This document shows positions 35,189 through 46,723 of a stretch of 53,890 nucleotides of DNA, one piece after another (position 1 is the first letter of the stretch; every line of letters starts with the position of its first letter). Source of the stretch: an uncultured virus (IMG/VR IMGVR_UViG_3300032321_001739) (taxonomy: Duplodnaviria; Heunggongvirae; Uroviricota; Caudoviricetes); IMG/VR virus record IMGVR_UViG_3300032321_001739. The stretch is one strand, 5' to 3'. The position numbers were made by a program, and so were the translations under genes. The notes beneath the pieces are model-generated. The model made no database searches and was not told the DNA's origin. It was given only the letters and a program-made list of their open reading frames with translations.

Positions 35189-37849
35189 TTAATTGATAAT
35201 AGATGTATACCATTTTCTAATTGATTCTAACTCAACACCTTTTCTTTTTGACATATCTTCTAACTGTTCTTCTGATATCTTACCTAATCCAAAGTATTTA
35301 GAATCCGGATGTGAAAAATACCAACCACTGACCGATGATTGTGGATACATTGCTAAACTTTCTGTTAGTTCTATACCAATAGAGTTCTTAACATCTAATA
35401 AATCAAATATAGTTAATTTCTCTAAGTGGTCAGGACAAGCCGGGTATCCAGGAGCTGGTCTAATACCTTTATACTTTTCAGATATCAATTCTTCATTTGT
35501 GTAGATTTCATCTTCTTCATAACCCCACCATTTACTTCTTACTTCTTTATGTAACCATTCGGCAGAGGCTTCGGCTAATCTATCAGCAAGTGCTTTTAAC
35601 ATAATAGATGAGTAATCATCAAATTCTTTTTCGAATCTTAAAAGGTGTTCTTCTATTCCAATTCCTGATGTAACGGCAAAACATCCGATATAATCTTTAA
35701 CTCCTTTAGGTGAGATAAAATCAGAAAGAGAAATGTTAGGTTGACCTTCAGTCTTTTTAGTTTGTTGTCTTAAAGTTCTTTGATAAGCTATAACTTCATT
35801 TTCATCTTTAATAGAATAAATTTCTATATCATCTCCTATAGAGTTTGCGGGAAAGATTCCAAATACACCACGTGCTTGAATCCATCTTTCTTTAATAATC
35901 TTATCTAACATAATCTGAGCATCATTGAATAAACCAGTAGCTTCAACTCCAACAACTTCATCAGTTAAGATATTTGGAAACTTACCATGTAATTCCCAAG
36001 TTCTAAAGAAAGGTGTCCAATCGATATATTGTTTTAACTCACTTAAATCAATATTATCTAATACTCTTATTCCAGTAAGATTAGGAGTAGATATTTTTTT
36101 TTGATTAAACTCTAATACAAGTTTATTTTTTCTAGCTTCTTCTAATGTAAGTAATTGTTTAGTATTTTTAGAATTAAGATAATGTTGATTGATACGAGAA
36201 TACTCTTCTTTTAAGTTAGTAATGAAATCTTTTTTCTTGTATCCAAGTAAACTTTCAGCAACTGTAACAGAACGAGAAGCATCTAAAACGTGTATAACAT
36301 TACCTGACTTGTAATAAGGTTCTATCTTAACTGCTGTATGAACTTTAGATGTAGTTGCTCCTCCTATGAGAAGTGGAATCTTAAGACCTCTTCTTTCCAT
36401 TTCTTTTGCTATGTGAACCATTTCATCAAGTGATGGGGTAATTAAACCACTAAGTCCGATGATATCACATCCTTCTGAAATTGCAGTTTCGATTATTTTT
36501 TCTGAACTAACCATAACACCTAAATCAATAATATCATAATTGTTACATCCTAATACAACACCTACAATGTTTTTTCCAATATCATGTACGTCTCCTTTAA
36601 CGGTTGCAAGAAGTATTTTACCATTTGCTTTTCTAATTGATGTTTTATCTAACTCAATAAAAGGTTGTAAGTAAGCAACTGCTTTTTTCATAACACGAGC
36701 TGACTTAACTACTTGTGGTAAAAACATTTGACCAGATCCAAATAAGTCACCTACTTTATTCATACCAACCATTAAAGGTCCTTCGATAACTTCAATTGGT
36801 TTACTAAATCTTTTTCTACATTCTTCAACGTCTTCATCGATAAAGTCAGTGATTCCTTTTACTAAAGAGTAAGATAATCTTTCTTCAACGTCTAATCGTC
36901 TCCACTCTAACTCAACTTCTCTTTTTTTAACATCACCTTTAACAGATTCACTAAACTCTAATAATCTTTCTGTAGCATCTGGTCTTCTATTAAGAATAAC
37001 ATCTTCAACTCGTTCCAATAATTCTTTATCAATATTAGAATAAACTTCAAGCATTTGTGGGTTAACTATACCCATATTCATACCATGTTTAATCGCATGG
37101 TATAAAAATGATGAGTGCATTGCTTCTCTTACTTTATTATTTCCTCTAAAAGAAAAAGAAACATTACTAACACCACCACTAACATGTGCTCCTAAAAGAT
37201 TATTAGTTATCCATTCAGTTGCCATAAAGAAGTCAATAGCGTTATTATTATGTTCTTCCATACCAGTGGCTACTGGAAAGATATTAGAATCAAAGATAAT
37301 GTCTTGTGGGTTAAAAAAAACTTTATTAACTAAGATATCATAAGAACGTTTGCAAATATCGATTCTTCTTTGGTAAGTATCTGCTTGACCTTTTTCATCA
37401 AAGGCCATCACAATGGTAGCAAATCCATATCGTTTAATCTTTTTAGCTTGTTTGATAAATACTTCTTCACCTTCTTTTAATGAAATAGAATTAACAATAC
37501 CTTTGCCCTGAACACATTTAAGTCCGGCTTCAATTATTTCCCACTTAGATGAATCAATCATAATAGGAACTTTTGAGATATCTGGCTCAGATGCAATTAA
37601 GTTTAAGAAACGAGTCATAGCTTCTACACCATCAATAAGACCTTCATCCATATTGATATCAATGATTTGAGCTCCACCTTCTACTTGGTCTTTTGCTACT
37701 TTAAGAGCAGATTCATAATCTCCTTCTTTAATAAGTTTAAGAAATTGTCGAGACCCGGTAACATTGGTTCTTTCACCAACGTTTACAAAGTTACTTAATT
37801 CTGTAATAACAAGAGGTTCTAATCCTGATAGTTTTAATACACGATTCAT
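35189..37849 (-). CDS. metH: Cobalamin-dependent methionine synthase, C-terminal part (pterin-binding, B12-binding and AdoMet activation domains)
   Basis: [38 protein letters not shown] (DxHxxG), [20 protein letters not shown]. Confidence 0.96.
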   Translation of the reverse strand: MNRVLKLSGLEPLVITELSNFVNVGERTNVTGSRQFLKLIKEGDYESALKVAKDQVEGGAQIIDINMDEGLIDGVEAMTRFLNLIASEPDISKVPIMIDSSKWEIIEAGLKCVQGKGIVNSISLKEGEEVFIKQAKKIKRYGFATIVMAFDEKGQADTYQRRIDICKRSYDILVNKVFFNPQDIIFDSNIFPVATGMEEHNNNAIDFFMATEWITNNLLGAHVSGGVSNVSFSFRGNNKVREAMHSSFLYHAIKHGMNMGIVNPQMLEVYSNIDKELLERVEDVILNRRPDATERLLEFSESVKGDVKKREVELEWRRLDVEERLSYSLVKGITDFIDEDVEECRKRFSKPIEVIEGPLMVGMNKVGDLFGSGQMFLPQVVKSARVMKKAVAYLQPFIELDKTSIRKANGKILLATVKGDVHDIGKNIVGVVLGCNNYDIIDLGVMVSSEKIIETAISEGCDIIGLSGLITPSLDEMVHIAKEMERRGLKIPLLIGGATTSKVHTAVKIEPYYKSGNVIHVLDASRSVTVAESLLGYKKKDFITNLKEEYSRINQHYLNSKNTKQLLTLEEARKNKLVLEFNQKKISTPNLTGIRVLDNIDLSELKQYIDWTPFFRTWELHGKFPNILTDEVVGVEATGLFNDAQIMLDKIIKERWIQARGVFGIFPANSIGDDIEIYSIKDENEVIAYQRTLRQQTKKTEGQPNISLSDFISPKGVKDYIGCFAVTSGIGIEEHLLRFEKEFDDYSSIMLKALADRLAEASAEWLHKEVRSKWWGYEEDEIYTNEELISEKYKGIRPAPGYPACPDHLEKLTIFDLLDVKNSIGIELTESLAMYPQSSVSGWYFSHPDSKYFGLGKISEEQLEDMSKRKGVELESIRKWYTSIIN

Positions 37850-38814
37850 TTTTGATTATATTTTTCTACTAATTCTGAAATTGCTTTAATATGATTAGGT
37901 GATGTTCCACAACACCCACCTATGATATTTACCAGATTTAAATCTAAGAACTCTTTAATTTCTTCAGCCATCATTTCAGGGGATTCATCATACTGTCCGA
38001 ATTGATTTGGAAGACCAGCATTTGGATGACAACTTGTAAAGAATTCAGTTTTTTCTTTAAGTGTTTGTAAGTAAGGTCTCATTAACTTAGCTCCTAAAGC
38101 ACAGTTTAACCCTACACTTAAAAGTGGCATATGAGATACCGAAATAAGAAAAGCTTCTACTGTTTGACCTGTTAAGGTTCTTCCACTTAAATCGGTGATA
38201 GTTCCAGATACCATTATAGGAAGATTCACTTCTAACTCTTCATAAACCTCATCTATTGCATAAAGAGCTGCTTTACAGTTTAAGGTATCAAATACGGTTT
38301 CTACTAAAAGAATATCACACCCTCCTTTAATAAGTGGAATTATTTGTTCTTTATATGAAGTAACTAGTTTATCAAAAGTAATTGCTCTGAATCCTGGATC
38401 GTTAACATCTGGAGATATTGAACAAGTTCTATTAGTTGGACCAATTGATCCTGCTACCCATCTTTTTTTATCGTTGAATTCATCACAAACTTCTTTAGCT
38501 ATTTTAGCTCCAAAGTAATTGAGATTCCAAACTTGGTCTTCTAAGTCATAATCAGCTTGTGATATTGAAGTTGAAGAAAATGTATTTGTTTCAATGATAT
38601 CTGCTCCTGCTAATAAGTAATCACGATGTATTGATTTAATAACATCGGGTCTAGTTAATGTAAGTAAGTCGTTATTTCCTTTAAGACTTTTTTGATGTGA
38701 CTCAAAGTAACCTCTGCGAAAGTCTTCTTCTTCTAACTTCCATTTTTGTATTTGGGTTCCCATTGCTCCATCGAGAACCAATATTTTATTTTTAAGTTGA
38801 TTGAATAGTGTCAT
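37846..38814 (-). CDS. metH: Methionine synthase N-terminal homocysteine S-methyltransferase domain (split metH)
   Basis: [39 protein letters not shown] (Zn ligands); 4-nt overlap with the downstream part. Confidence 0.95.
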   Translation of the reverse strand: MTLFNQLKNKILVLDGAMGTQIQKWKLEEEDFRRGYFESHQKSLKGNNDLLTLTRPDVIKSIHRDYLLAGADIIETNTFSSTSISQADYDLEDQVWNLNYFGAKIAKEVCDEFNDKKRWVAGSIGPTNRTCSISPDVNDPGFRAITFDKLVTSYKEQIIPLIKGGCDILLVETVFDTLNCKAALYAIDEVYEELEVNLPIMVSGTITDLSGRTLTGQTVEAFLISVSHMPLLSVGLNCALGAKLMRPYLQTLKEKTEFFTSCHPNAGLPNQFGQYDESPEMMAEEIKEFLDLNLVNIIGGCCGTSPNHIKAISELVEKYNQK

Positions 38815-38907
38815 TATTTATTTTTGATTAAAAATGGTATTGTAAATGTTAAAAGAGTCAATAAAGAAAATTTAACTCCTTTATACCAGAGTTGGTTTTC
38901 TTTAAAT

Positions 38908-39123
38908 TCAAATTTGTTCTCTTCTATCATTTAGTAATTGTTCTAATTGTTTATCTCTTAATTGTGAAACTTCTCTTTTATAGTAGAAAAGAATTATAGA
39001 TTCTGGATGCATATCTGTTTGTAAAACATAGTCTTGTATATTTTGTCTTGTTATTTCGAGTTTGATACCATCATAGTAGATATCTTCTTGGTCATATTTA
39101 ACTAAATCTCTGTTGAATTTCAT
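38908..39123 (-). CDS. Hypothetical protein, C-terminal tag (RDKQLEQLL)
   Basis: ORF track. Confidence 0.65.
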   Translation of the reverse strand: MKFNRDLVKYDQEDIYYDGIKLEITRQNIQDYVLQTDMHPESIILFYYKREVSQLRDKQLEQLLNDRREQI

Positions 39124-39239
39124 ATAATTTATATACTTTAAAAGTAAAATGTTGGTTATTTAAATAAATAAAATCATTAAAAACCATTGATTATAAAGGC
39201 TTTTGGAAAACTTTAGTTATTTTCGATTATATATATAAA

Positions 39240-39458
39240 ATGATTAGAAGGATGACATCTTGGTGTAAAATCTGGATATTAAAAAGAGAAATTAAGTCAA
39301 TACAGACTGAAGTTGATGAGTATTATTTAACTCTTTTGTCAAGAAACGATGAGTTTCACAAAACAATAGATGTTGAAAAACACTTTCAAAGATTTGTCAA
39401 ACTAAGAAATGTTGAAAAACGTGAATTAGAAAGACAGATTAATGAATTAAGAAAGTAA
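39240..39458 (+). CDS. Small coiled-coil hypothetical protein
   Basis: TATATATA upstream. Confidence 0.55.
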   Translation: MIRRMTSWCKIWILKREIKSIQTEVDEYYLTLLSRNDEFHKTIDVEKHFQRFVKLRNVEKRELERQINELRK

Positions 39459-39521
39459 AAATACTCTTCTTTTTAATAAAGTAATCAATTTTTTTAGAAT
39501 TGTTTACCTCATCATTGTGCC

Positions 39522-41165
39522 TTAAAGTCTGTCAACTAATTTCTCAACGATTTCAATACCTCTAATGATTCTATCATAATAATCATCAACTCTCCAAGTT
39601 CCAACAAGATAAGAATAGGATCTTCTCCAGTCATCGTATGTTAAATAATCAATAAAATTAGATAAGTTATCTAAAGAGTAAACGCTATTATTGAAGAAAC
39701 TCGATAAGCTTATCATTTTTTGACGAGCTATCTCTAAGTCTTCAATTGTTTCGAATTGACCAGACATTAATTTATTGTAGAATTTAAAACTAATTCTTTC
39801 TAAACCTTCAACAATTGGTAAGTATCTATCAGATTGATCTTCTTTTACTAAATTCTTTTTAATTTCTGTTATATTTCTTGATATTTTTGTTGTCACATCA
39901 GATGATTTTGAGTAAATATTTTTAATACGCTCATTGATTGATTTGATATAGTGTTGTTTATCTTCTTCACTACTCATCATCATATTATAATATAGTTCTG
40001 AAATTGCTGAGAAATTATTTTGGTATCTTGCTTGAGATTCTAATACAAATAAAGCCCATCTACCGCCTAATCCTCTGTTAACAAGATTTTTGATATTTGA
40101 AATATCCCCAGTAATATCGGCTTTGTTTGCTATTAAAGCAATATATCTTTGAATATTTTGAGTTCTAACTTTATCATCAGTCATAACTAATTTACTTCCT
40201 GATTTTAATTCTTCTCTTTCATCTCTAATATCTGAAGCTCTTGTGTAATCACCAGATTTCAATTTAGATATATCCAATACTAAAGCAAAGTGAGCATCTT
40301 TTATCTCATTTTGGACATTACCTGATTCACTTACACTTAATCTTGAATTTAGTGATACATTCCAAGTATAAGGATCTACTGATGGTGCTTCTTCTTCTTT
40401 ATCTTCTTTTGGTTTTAATGTTTTTATAATGTGAAAATCACCACCTGATATGTTCCAAGAATATCTTCCATGTGTTCTCCAATCTCTACCACTTGGTGTT
40501 CCGCCATCATATTTGCTTTGGATAGAAAATACATCTCTACCCTCAATATATATAGTTGCTATCTCACCTGAATCTGATCTTTTTGCTTTAAAAAAAACTT
40601 TAGATAAATGTGGAATTTCTCTTAGTCTACCAACTCCACTTGAAGTTGATTCAATAGTATCTACTACATCATATTCTGAAAGTATTTTAGAGTCTATTTT
40701 ATGATATGTTTCTCTAATTTTACCATCAACTCCTGTATTAGTTACAAATTTACCATCAGAAGTAAACCAGAATTTAATTATTTTAAGTTCAGGTCTTTGA
40801 GGTTCGTTTCCTGTTCCACCACATCTACTACAATCAACAATTCTTTGTCGAGAACCCCACATTCTTTTTATTTTACCACTCTGACAAACTTCACCATCAA
40901 GCCCAGATGAACCAAATAAATTTTTTGAAGTTGCTTTACACGGTTCAGTTTTTTCTTCTAATTTAACGTTAAGTGCTTTTTTAAATGATAGGTATTGAAA
41001 CATATCATCAGAAAAGTTTGACATAGGAAAGTCATATTGTCTGGATATAGATTCTAATTTTTGAATAAAACCTCTTCTAGATTCTTGGTTAATATATCCT
41101 AATATTTTTGTTAACTTAATTGATTCAAATGCTTCAAATAGTTTTATATACTTTAACTGTCTCAT
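39522..41165 (-). CDS. Hypothetical protein with leader MRQLKYIKLFEAFES and a DnaJ-like Zn motif
   Basis: C...CQSGK...CSRCGGTG. Confidence 0.75.
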   Translation of the reverse strand: MRQLKYIKLFEAFESIKLTKILGYINQESRRGFIQKLESISRQYDFPMSNFSDDMFQYLSFKKALNVKLEEKTEPCKATSKNLFGSSGLDGEVCQSGKIKRMWGSRQRIVDCSRCGGTGNEPQRPELKIIKFWFTSDGKFVTNTGVDGKIRETYHKIDSKILSEYDVVDTIESTSSGVGRLREIPHLSKVFFKAKRSDSGEIATIYIEGRDVFSIQSKYDGGTPSGRDWRTHGRYSWNISGGDFHIIKTLKPKEDKEEEAPSVDPYTWNVSLNSRLSVSESGNVQNEIKDAHFALVLDISKLKSGDYTRASDIRDEREELKSGSKLVMTDDKVRTQNIQRYIALIANKADITGDISNIKNLVNRGLGGRWALFVLESQARYQNNFSAISELYYNMMMSSEEDKQHYIKSINERIKNIYSKSSDVTTKISRNITEIKKNLVKEDQSDRYLPIVEGLERISFKFYNKLMSGQFETIEDLEIARQKMISLSSFFNNSVYSLDNLSNFIDYLTYDDWRRSYSYLVGTWRVDDYYDRIIRGIEIVEKLVDRL

Positions 41166-42826
41166 ATTTGTGGTCCAACTATTTCAACTTTTATTCCGTT
41201 TCTTCTTAACTCGGATATATAATCCTTTGTTTGACTATCAACTATTAAATCCCCTGAGATTAATAGCTTTTTGATTTTAAGATTTGTGAAAGCATCTTTC
41301 ATATCAATTAATGAGTCTAAAGTATATAGTATCTGTAACTCTTCAAGCTCTGTGAATTTCGAAAGGTGTAAATCACCAGTCATATCACAACTCAATATTT
41401 GTAGTTTTTTAATATTTGGATTTACTGAAAGCATCTCATCAAAAATAACAGTATCAAATTTACATTTATCAAACGCAATTGAATCTGTTTTAACATTTTT
41501 AAAACCAGAAAGAGTTTTGATTTTAAGTGATTTGAATTTAACCCATTCTAATTCTAAAGGAATCTCAGTAAGGTTATTAGGAATATCTGTAGTTTCAATC
41601 ACAAGTTGTTTGATTTTAGCTTTTGGTGATATTTTTGTTTTAGACCAATCATAAACACTACTTAAGTATAAAGAAGTTGTGTTTTTACCAATAAATCTAG
41701 CCGTATCTAATCTCATTCTATCCATATATGGAGAAGATATTGAGTCATCTTGGTCAACATCTGGTGTGAATAAATATCTTGAACTAGATTCTGTTACGTT
41801 CATAACGTTTTCAGAATATTTTTCAACTAACTCATCGAAAACATCTTTCATTCTGTCTGGATAAGCTCTATCAAAGAATATTTTAGTCTGTTCAGTGTCA
41901 CTAAAAGATTCAATATTTCTAATCATCATTCTTGAAAGAGGTAATTTATCAGAAATTTTTTCATCATTCCAAGTGATTGGCGTATCAAATACAAAAAATG
42001 CTGGTATAGAGTTAGGATCGAATACGTTTCCTAAAAGTTGTGTTCTGTATCCACCAGTATAAAGATGTTGACAAGAACTAAAAAACTTAGAGATAGACAT
42101 ATTCAATATATCTTTTGGATTATGGTCAATTTGAAGATACATGTCTTTTCCAAAGATTGAGTATTCATATCCATAATCTCTATTATGGTTTTCTTTAGCT
42201 AAGTTTCTTAACTGGGAAATACTTCTTGATGAGAAAGAAGATGTTTCTACTTTTTCATCTGGATAACATCTATTATAATCATCAACGAATGTGTTAATGT
42301 TTACTAAGTTATTTGTGAAAATAGGATCACCTTCATTCTTTTTAATTCTAATCATATTACCACCTTCGTCTCTAACTGGAACTCCATTTTTATCTTTTTG
42401 GATCATTTCAGATGCTTTTGTTGGATTGATATCTAATTTTCTAAATACACTTTCAAAGATATAAACGATTTGGTCAATTGTAGGTGATTGAATATTAAAA
42501 TTATCCATTACCACTTTTGCTTCTTTACTAAGTAAATCTAAATTAATTGATTCTTGAACAATGTGATTAAACTTATCAGGTAAGCCTGCAAATGAATTCA
42601 TAATCAATCCCATATCACAATCAAAAAAAGATGAAAGAACTTTAATTTTATCTTCATCTTCTAATTTCCATCTACCCTGTTTGATTTTATCAGTTGGGTC
42701 TATTTCTTCATAATCTAAAAATTTCTCACCCCACTCGTTGGCTAATTGCTTTGCTTGACGAGGAAGGATTACGTCTCTGATTTTGGCTTCATTAAGCCAT
42801 TGATTTCTTGTTTTGATCCATTTCAT
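41162..42826 (-). CDS. Hypothetical protein with leader MKWIKTRNQWLNEA, SSCQ...R...DRAY domain and LRR-like C-terminus
   Basis: TAATATATA on minus strand at 42831-42839; LKKL.I-type repeats. Confidence 0.75.
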   Translation of the reverse strand: MKWIKTRNQWLNEAKIRDVILPRQAKQLANEWGEKFLDYEEIDPTDKIKQGRWKLEDEDKIKVLSSFFDCDMGLIMNSFAGLPDKFNHIVQESINLDLLSKEAKVVMDNFNIQSPTIDQIVYIFESVFRKLDINPTKASEMIQKDKNGVPVRDEGGNMIRIKKNEGDPIFTNNLVNINTFVDDYNRCYPDEKVETSSFSSRSISQLRNLAKENHNRDYGYEYSIFGKDMYLQIDHNPKDILNMSISKFFSSCQHLYTGGYRTQLLGNVFDPNSIPAFFVFDTPITWNDEKISDKLPLSRMMIRNIESFSDTEQTKIFFDRAYPDRMKDVFDELVEKYSENVMNVTESSSRYLFTPDVDQDDSISSPYMDRMRLDTARFIGKNTTSLYLSSVYDWSKTKISPKAKIKQLVIETTDIPNNLTEIPLELEWVKFKSLKIKTLSGFKNVKTDSIAFDKCKFDTVIFDEMLSVNPNIKKLQILSCDMTGDLHLSKFTELEELQILYTLDSLIDMKDAFTNLKIKKLLISGDLIVDSQTKDYISELRRNGIKVEIVGPQI

Positions 42827-42901
42827 AGTGTATATATTAAAAATTATTTTTTATTTTCTTTTTTCTTAAAACTTTATTATATTTGTAGTAATATCTATAA
42901 T

Positions 42902-43528
42902 ATGAAAACATCTTTTAAACTCTTTGATTTTGTCGGAGCTCCGGTTGAGCTCAGTCTTTGGTTCTTTATTCTTTTTTTGTGGATGCCTGTTAGTTTGGTG
43001 ATTGCAATTTTTGTCTCTGTTTTAATACACGAAATGGCTCACGCTTATGTTGCTGATAGAAGAGGGTGGAGAGTTTTTGGTATTAAAGTTGATTTATTTA
43101 CAGGTTCAGCCGCAGTTGATACTAATATCCCAGAGAAAGATGCTATACCAGTCGTTGCCGCTGGTCCACTTAGTAATTTACTTTTAGCAGTTCTTTGTAT
43201 ACCGTTTTATTCTTTTTTAGTAAATATAAACCCTATCATTGATGGTTTTATGAATGACTTATTTGTTATTAACATATTTATGTTTATTTTCAATATACTT
43301 CCTATTTATCCAATGGATGGTGGTAGATTACTTAAAGACTTTCTTTTTATAAAAATGAAGGGAAATCGAAGATTGGCTAAAAAAATATCAGGATATGTTT
43401 CTCTTACGTTCTCAGTTGCTTTGTTATTGTATTCTATTTCAATAATGGCTTTCTTACTGATTTTATTTTCAGCACTCTTTATCTATAATTCTTTAGTTGA
43501 GGTTGAATTGGTTAAACCGTCTAATTAA
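42902..43528 (+). CDS. Site-2 protease (peptidase M50)
   Basis: HEMAH, AGPLSN, FNILPIYPMDGG; start moved to ATG 42902, after TATATTTG at 42878-42885. Confidence 0.9.
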   Translation: MKTSFKLFDFVGAPVELSLWFFILFLWMPVSLVIAIFVSVLIHEMAHAYVADRRGWRVFGIKVDLFTGSAAVDTNIPEKDAIPVVAAGPLSNLLLAVLCIPFYSFLVNINPIIDGFMNDLFVINIFMFIFNILPIYPMDGGRLLKDFLFIKMKGNRRLAKKISGYVSLTFSVALLLYSISIMAFLLILFSALFIYNSLVEVELVKPSN

Positions 43529-43544
43529 TATTAATATATAAGTT

Positions 43545-43796
43545 ATGTTAAACAATAAATGGAAAGTCGAAGCAGAAAGTGATGAATGTGTTTTAGTCAC
43601 TATCGATGAAGATGTCTCTTTGGATGGACTAGAATTGACACTGATTAATGATGTCAGAACTCCAATTGTTAAATTAAAAGTAAATACGAGAGAGATACAC
43701 ATTTGCTCTCATACAGAGAAACCGATGTTTGCTCAACTGGGTAATTCAGTTAAGTATGTCAAAGGTTCTGGAAAATCGATGTATCAAAATGTGTGA
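43545..43796 (+). CDS. Hypothetical protein
   Basis: TAATATATA 43532-43540. Confidence 0.6.
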   Translation: MLNNKWKVEAESDECVLVTIDEDVSLDGLELTLINDVRTPIVKLKVNTREIHICSHTEKPMFAQLGNSVKYVKGSGKSMYQNV

Positions 43797-43983
43797 TTGG
43801 AAAAGACTTCGTGTTGATGAATTGATTGAAGGTGTTGATTTCTATTGGGAAGAAACCGATGGTATTAAACTTAGAGTATTTACTGAAGAGTATTTACAAA
43901 TGATTAGACCAAAGTGTTGTGAAAGTGGATGTCGTCATTGTCCGTGGGAATATAAAAAAGTAGATAATAAAAAAACCCTCTGA
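43789..43983 (+). CDS. DUF5522-like Cys-rich small protein
   Basis: VFTEEY...CCESGCRHCPW; start moved to ATG 43789. Confidence 0.75.
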   Translation: MCDWKRLRVDELIEGVDFYWEETDGIKLRVFTEEYLQMIRPKCCESGCRHCPWEYKKVDNKKTL

Positions 43984-44002
43984 AATTTCAGAGGGTTTTT
44001 TT
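43969..44002. terminator. Bidirectional terminator AAAAAAACCCTCTGAAATTTCAGAGGGTTTTTTT
   Basis: Perfect inverted repeat between convergent genes. Confidence 0.9.
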
Positions 44003-44023
44003 GTGCTAATTAATTATTAATTA

Positions 44024-44296
44024 TTAATTTACACTTTTAGTCAGCTCAGACCCTGGCTTAAATTTCGCCACTCTTTTTGCTGGAATCTCTAAAGTTTCGC
44101 CTGTTTTAGGATTTCTTCCTTTACGAGCGTCTCTTTGAGTTGTAGCAAAAGTCCCAAAACCTACAAGTGTTACTTTATCTCCACTTTTAAGTGCTTCTGT
44201 GATAGAAGATACTAATGTATCAATCACTTCATTACTCTTAGTTTTAGTAAGACCGGTTTTTTCTGCTAAAGAATTTACTAAATCTGCTTTATTCAT
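44024..44296 (-). CDS. hup: DNA-binding protein HU
   Basis: MNKADLV...VTLVGFGTF...RKGRNPKTGE...KFKPG. Confidence 0.95.
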   Translation of the reverse strand: MNKADLVNSLAEKTGLTKTKSNEVIDTLVSSITEALKSGDKVTLVGFGTFATTQRDARKGRNPKTGETLEIPAKRVAKFKPGSELTKSVN

Positions 44297-44392
44297 CCTT
44301 TTACTCTTTTTTTATTACGTTTTGACCGTATGATTCTTATAGAGTTCAGTAAATACTAAGTTTTAAAAAGTTGAGTAAAAAGTGAAAAAAAA

Positions 44393-44716
44393 TTAAATCT
44401 TTTTCTCAACATAGGTGCAAACTTCTCCTATATTAAATCCTTTTTCAAGAAGTAAAGGTAAACTATTGTCTTTACACCAAGCATAAATTGTATAACCCTT
44501 ATAGACTTCATTGACATAATCCCATCTGGTTTCCCATAGTTTTCTGTAAATACCTTTTCGTCTGAAATCCTCGTGAACCCAGGCATCTAAGAATTTGATT
44601 CGATTGTCAATTTCTATTTTCATATAGATATGACCAACAACATCATTGTCGTCGATTGCTACCCAAGTTTCGATATCTTGAGCATTTGGTTTTAAATGTA
44701 GGATCCTGTAAGACAA
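44393..44716 (-). CDS. GNAT family N-acetyltransferase
   Basis: WVHEDFRRKGIY (motif A), LEKGF; TTG start. Confidence 0.8.
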   Translation of the reverse strand: MSYRILHLKPNAQDIETWVAIDDNDVVGHIYMKIEIDNRIKFLDAWVHEDFRRKGIYRKLWETRWDYVNEVYKGYTIYAWCKDNSLPLLLEKGFNIGEVCTYVEKKI

Positions 44717-44799
44717 TTGATTTTATTATGTTTTAACTATATATTTTAATTAGATATCAAAAAGACACTTTTATTAATTTTTTTTATTATCTTTGTGTT

Positions 44800-45012
44800 A
44801 TGAACTCATGTAAAAAGCCTTGTAAAGAATGTCCCTGGACAAATGAAAATTCACATAGTCTTAAGTTTAGAACCTATGTTGATAAAATGAATAAATTAGG
44901 CAAAATTGAAAATCACAAATGCCACATGGTGTCAAATGATGTGTGGGGTTATAAATCCGAAGTAAATAGTAAAAATGTTTGCATCGGGTCAAAACAAAGA
45001 AACAAAAATTAA
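44800..45012 (+). CDS. Small Cys/His-rich protein (PCKECPW...CH...C)
   Basis: TATCTTTG 44788-44795 just upstream. Confidence 0.65.
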   Translation: MNSCKKPCKECPWTNENSHSLKFRTYVDKMNKLGKIENHKCHMVSNDVWGYKSEVNSKNVCIGSKQRNKN

Positions 45013-45022
45013 TAAATAATGT

Positions 45023-45298
45023 ATGGAAAACATTAAAGAAATCAGAACACTTCTTACTGAAGAAATGTTCACAAACGTTTGTAAGATCGGATTTGTCACT
45101 ATTCGTAGTATAGACTATGGTAAAACAGATATACACTTTTATAAAGTAGATATTCTTCAACTGGTAAAAGGCGAGATAGTAACTAAAGAAATGGGAAATG
45201 AAACTTTCAAATTTGCTCTTCAAGATCTTGGAACAGAAATGATTAGAGAAATCGTCAAAAGATCACCAATTTTTTATGAACTTTCAAATCAATTTTAA
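45023..45298 (+). CDS. Hypothetical protein
   Basis: ORF track; operon. Confidence 0.65.
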   Translation: MENIKEIRTLLTEEMFTNVCKIGFVTIRSIDYGKTDIHFYKVDILQLVKGEIVTKEMGNETFKFALQDLGTEMIREIVKRSPIFYELSNQF

Positions 45299-46231
45299 AT
45301 GAAATTTACTTACGATTTTATAAAAGAAAATCTTAAAATTTACAATCAAGCAAAAGAAATGTTACCTGTCATATCTCAATATGAACAGGGTCTTATCAGT
45401 CAAACTTCTATGAGAAGTTTGGGTTTAGAACTTTTTGTTCAATTCTATGAATTCACTAAATCTCAAAAAAATCTGGGTTTTGAACTTATTCAAGCCATTT
45501 CTTATAAAGAATTAAAAGAAGTAATTGCAAAAAATACTACAGTCGATAGATTTAAAACGTATATTACTCGAAGAACTCAACCACAATTTAAAAAATTAAT
45601 CTCTGAAGATCCTGAGACATTTGATAGACTTTTGAATGGTCGTTGGATTTCTAAACCAACTTACCGAAGAAGAGGTCGAAGATCTAATGAAGTGGTCTCT
45701 GGTCTTAAAAATTGTTTTGTTCCTCTAATTAATTGGATTATTTCCAATGATATACAAACTTCTGATTTAGAGTCTAATCACTTTCAATCTTTTAAAAATC
45801 AAACAGTTTACTACTATCAACTACGTTGGTATACAGGAATACATTTGGATGTTGAAAAGTTACCTAAAAGAGAAATTGATATTACTTTCAATCTACTTAA
45901 TTCTTTTGTAGACTTTCTTACGGAAACTCAAACTGATTTTAGAAAACTAAACTGTGATTTTATTGTTGAGAATATTTCTTCAAAATTGAGAAGTCTTATG
46001 AAAATACCTACCGGAACAACAATCAAAAGTTTAGTTGACTTAAATAATACAAGTGCTTATAGTGAATTAACAAAGGATAAAACATACACTGTTGAAGATT
46101 CAACAATAACTGGTGGGTATATTAAAGTTTGGGTTTCTAATGATAGAGGGGTTAGAACTTATTATAATTACAGTTTATTCGAAGATGTTTCTATTCATCG
46201 TGATTTACTTTTACAACAGTTAGGTATCTAA
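45299..46231 (+). CDS. Hypothetical protein with C-terminal SH3-like domain and tag (RDLLLQQLGI)
   Basis: LTKDKTYTV...V.NDRG....Y...LF. Confidence 0.7.
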   Translation: MKFTYDFIKENLKIYNQAKEMLPVISQYEQGLISQTSMRSLGLELFVQFYEFTKSQKNLGFELIQAISYKELKEVIAKNTTVDRFKTYITRRTQPQFKKLISEDPETFDRLLNGRWISKPTYRRRGRRSNEVVSGLKNCFVPLINWIISNDIQTSDLESNHFQSFKNQTVYYYQLRWYTGIHLDVEKLPKREIDITFNLLNSFVDFLTETQTDFRKLNCDFIVENISSKLRSLMKIPTGTTIKSLVDLNNTSAYSELTKDKTYTVEDSTITGGYIKVWVSNDRGVRTYYNYSLFEDVSIHRDLLLQQLGI

Positions 46232-46707
46232 GTTAATCTTAAGGTTCTAAAACAATCAGTATTATAATTAACTTCTAATTTATCAGATTGTCTAATGACT
46301 AATCTTTCTCTGCTGGCTATTAAAATAATATCATCACTGATATCATCGATAATAGGAATTACATAGATTCCTAAATGGAGTATTTTGTCAAATGTAGATT
46401 GACTCATAAATATAAATTCATCAGAATTAATGTTTTTTAATGTCTTTAGTAAGTTTTTCTTTTCATTATTGAATAATCTCTGAAATAAATTATGTGAGTA
46501 TAATCTTACGATATCAGACTCAGAGTTTTCTATAATATCTTTTAGTAAATCAGAATCTATTGTCTTCAATTCTATTGATTCTTCGTGAGTTTGAGATTGT
46601 AGTTTTCCGTTCTCTTTATATGTTGTTTGATATACTAATTGAAATGGATTTGAATTAGCCTCAATTATAGGTTCGAAATACTTTTGAAAATTATCTATAT
46701 TTATCAT
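46228..46707 (-). CDS. Hypothetical protein
   Basis: ORF track. Confidence 0.6.
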   Translation of the reverse strand: MINIDNFQKYFEPIIEANSNPFQLVYQTTYKENGKLQSQTHEESIELKTIDSDLLKDIIENSESDIVRLYSHNLFQRLFNNEKKNLLKTLKNINSDEFIFMSQSTFDKILHLGIYVIPIIDDISDDIILIASRERLVIRQSDKLEVNYNTDCFRTLRLT

Positions 46708-46723
46708 ATAGATTTTATGGTAA

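Noticed and set aside
37846..37849. metH broken by a frameshift (pseudogene)
   Set aside because: The split falls at a domain boundary with an ATGA overlap and its own start; both halves keep their catalytic motifs.
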